Positions 45,616 through 64,000 of a DNA stretch of 64,000 nucleotides are shown here, piece after piece. The translations under genes were made by a program, and so were the position numbers. Each line of letters starts with the position of its first letter. Position 1 is the stretch's first letter. Under the pieces are notes generated by a model. The model was not told the DNA's origin and made no database searches. It saw only the letters and a program-made list of their open reading frames with translations. Source of the stretch: Hormiphora californensis (Eukaryota; Animalia; Ctenophora); the NCBI GenBank assembly GCA_020137815.1, contig CM035359.1, positions 1,426,001 to 1,490,000 of the forward strand, in the 5' to 3' direction.

Positions 45616-46436
45616 TAGTTAGGAACACTATTGGTGCGCGGTCGTGCCCACGGAAGGAGTGCTTGGATCATCTTGAAACCGGTTTTAAGTTAACTAATGC
45701 ATATCCAAAAGTGTCTGTAGCTATTTGGGTGATGTTCTGACAATCCAATCACGAGTTATGACCAAAAAACAGTCAAAAAAGACGTTTTAAAGTGACAAAA
45801 AGGAGGACCTGAACACAGCCCTTATATGAAGGGTTGGGGCTATGAAACTTCTTGAGTGGACAGAGAATCGTCCAAATTTGCAGTGTCAACTTTGGAATAG
45901 TTTCTATCTTTTGTAGTTATCTCATTAGAGCTGTTTAAACATGTGAGAAGATGCTGTAGGGGCCTCTAATACTGTGTATTTTTGCTTGTGAAGTGATCAC
46001 TTGACGAGATTTACCCAATTAGAGAGCAGATTAAAGCATACAAGCGGTGAGAGCAAGCAATATGGGGTGGAAACAGTACCAAATAACCCTGTTTTGCAGA
46101 TCGTCTCACATGTTTGAACGGCTCTAATTAGATAACTACAAAAGATAGAAACTATTCCAAAGTTGACACTGCAAATTTGGACGATTCTCTGTCCACTCAA
46201 GAAGTTTCATAGCCCCAACCCTTCATATAAGGGCTGTGTTCAGGTCCTCCTTTTTGTCACTTTAAAACGTCTTTTTTGACTGTTTTTTGGTCATAACTCG
46301 TGATTGGATTGTCAGAACATCACCCAAATAGCTACAGACACTTTTGGATATGCATTAGTTAACTTAAAACCGGTTTCAAGATGATCCAAGCACTCCTTCC
46401 GTGGGCACGACCGCGCACCAATAGTGTTCCTAACTA
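45616..46436. mobile_element. Foldback MITE with ~330-bp near-perfect TIRs, TA-flanked
   Basis: tagttaggaacactattggtgcgcgg...ccgcgcaccaatagtgttcctaacta. Confidence 0.85.
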
Positions 46437-46667
46437 AAGAGATGTTTATAGTTGGTAAATGTAAAAAGTTATTTACAAATGTACCAGTCTGTTACATTCA
46501 AAGTGTAACACATTTCACACATAACATATCTGCGTCAGTTTTATTCCCACATAAAAATACTCTTCATTGCCATTTCCAACTCTCAAATTCATTGTTCAAT
46601 AACCTAAAACCTGGCGTAAAACTCCCCCATTCAATATTTCAACATAAATGACTTGTCCATCTGCCCA

Positions 46668-63561
<16,894 letters not shown>

Positions 63562-64000
63562 GACTAAATAATTGCAGATATGACTGTCAGGTTATGTGAG
63601 AAGTCTTTGTGAATAAAAAAGTCCAACGCGACATTTTTTGGTCTCGTCGTAATGAATAGAAATGAGCGCGCGCTTCGCCAATGCATCGCAATGTTATTTT
63701 AATTCGCGGTGGCGATCCAATGCAGCGCCTTAACAGCCAGCCAAAATACTTCTTCGAAAAGTTATTTCATCTCACCTTCCTTTTTTTCCTCAAACTTTAA
63801 AAACAAAACTCAAAACTCAAACTCCTCCCTCGGACGTAGCAGACAGCAGTACACGCTAGAAAATAGAACGATACATACAGTTAACTGAGTCAAATAATTT
63901 TAAGACGACTTACTAAATTTTTCATGATTCATCTCCGATTATGTAACTATTCTTGTTGGCGGAAGCACCTCCCCGCGCCAAAGCGGTCCTTGAGTTCTAC

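Overview
Intron-rich, repeat-dense animal DNA. The nested-gene layout and protein families suggest a ctenophore, but that is inference. Host genes reconstructed by hand: a 14-exon secreted, probably GPI-anchored beta-lactamase-family serine hydrolase (482-10705, +) whose intron 6 holds two head-to-head GPCR genes; a partly unresolved C2H2 zinc-finger gene (~12464-21190, -); and a 19-exon sarcosine dehydrogenase (46668-63561, -) whose introns hold a frameshifted SAM-methyltransferase and a secreted sushi-domain gene. The standout is a 4,205-bp Polinton/Maverick-type element (33618-37822). It has AGTAGT...ACTACT termini, ~400-bp TIRs and a perfect 6-bp TSD (GGGGTG). It carries only virion-type genes (major capsid, minor capsid, an amphipathic lytic-type peptide precursor) plus a zinc-finger ORF, with no polymerase, integrase, ATPase or protease. 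It may be a satellite or genome segment of a polintovirus, and it sits inside a Tc1/mariner-type non-autonomous element. Many MITEs, foldback palindromes, Helitron-like elements and microsatellites are present. About 10.9-12.0, 15.4-17.8 and 26.8-32.3 kb are homopolymer-smeared, low-quality sequence whose ORFs should be ignored.
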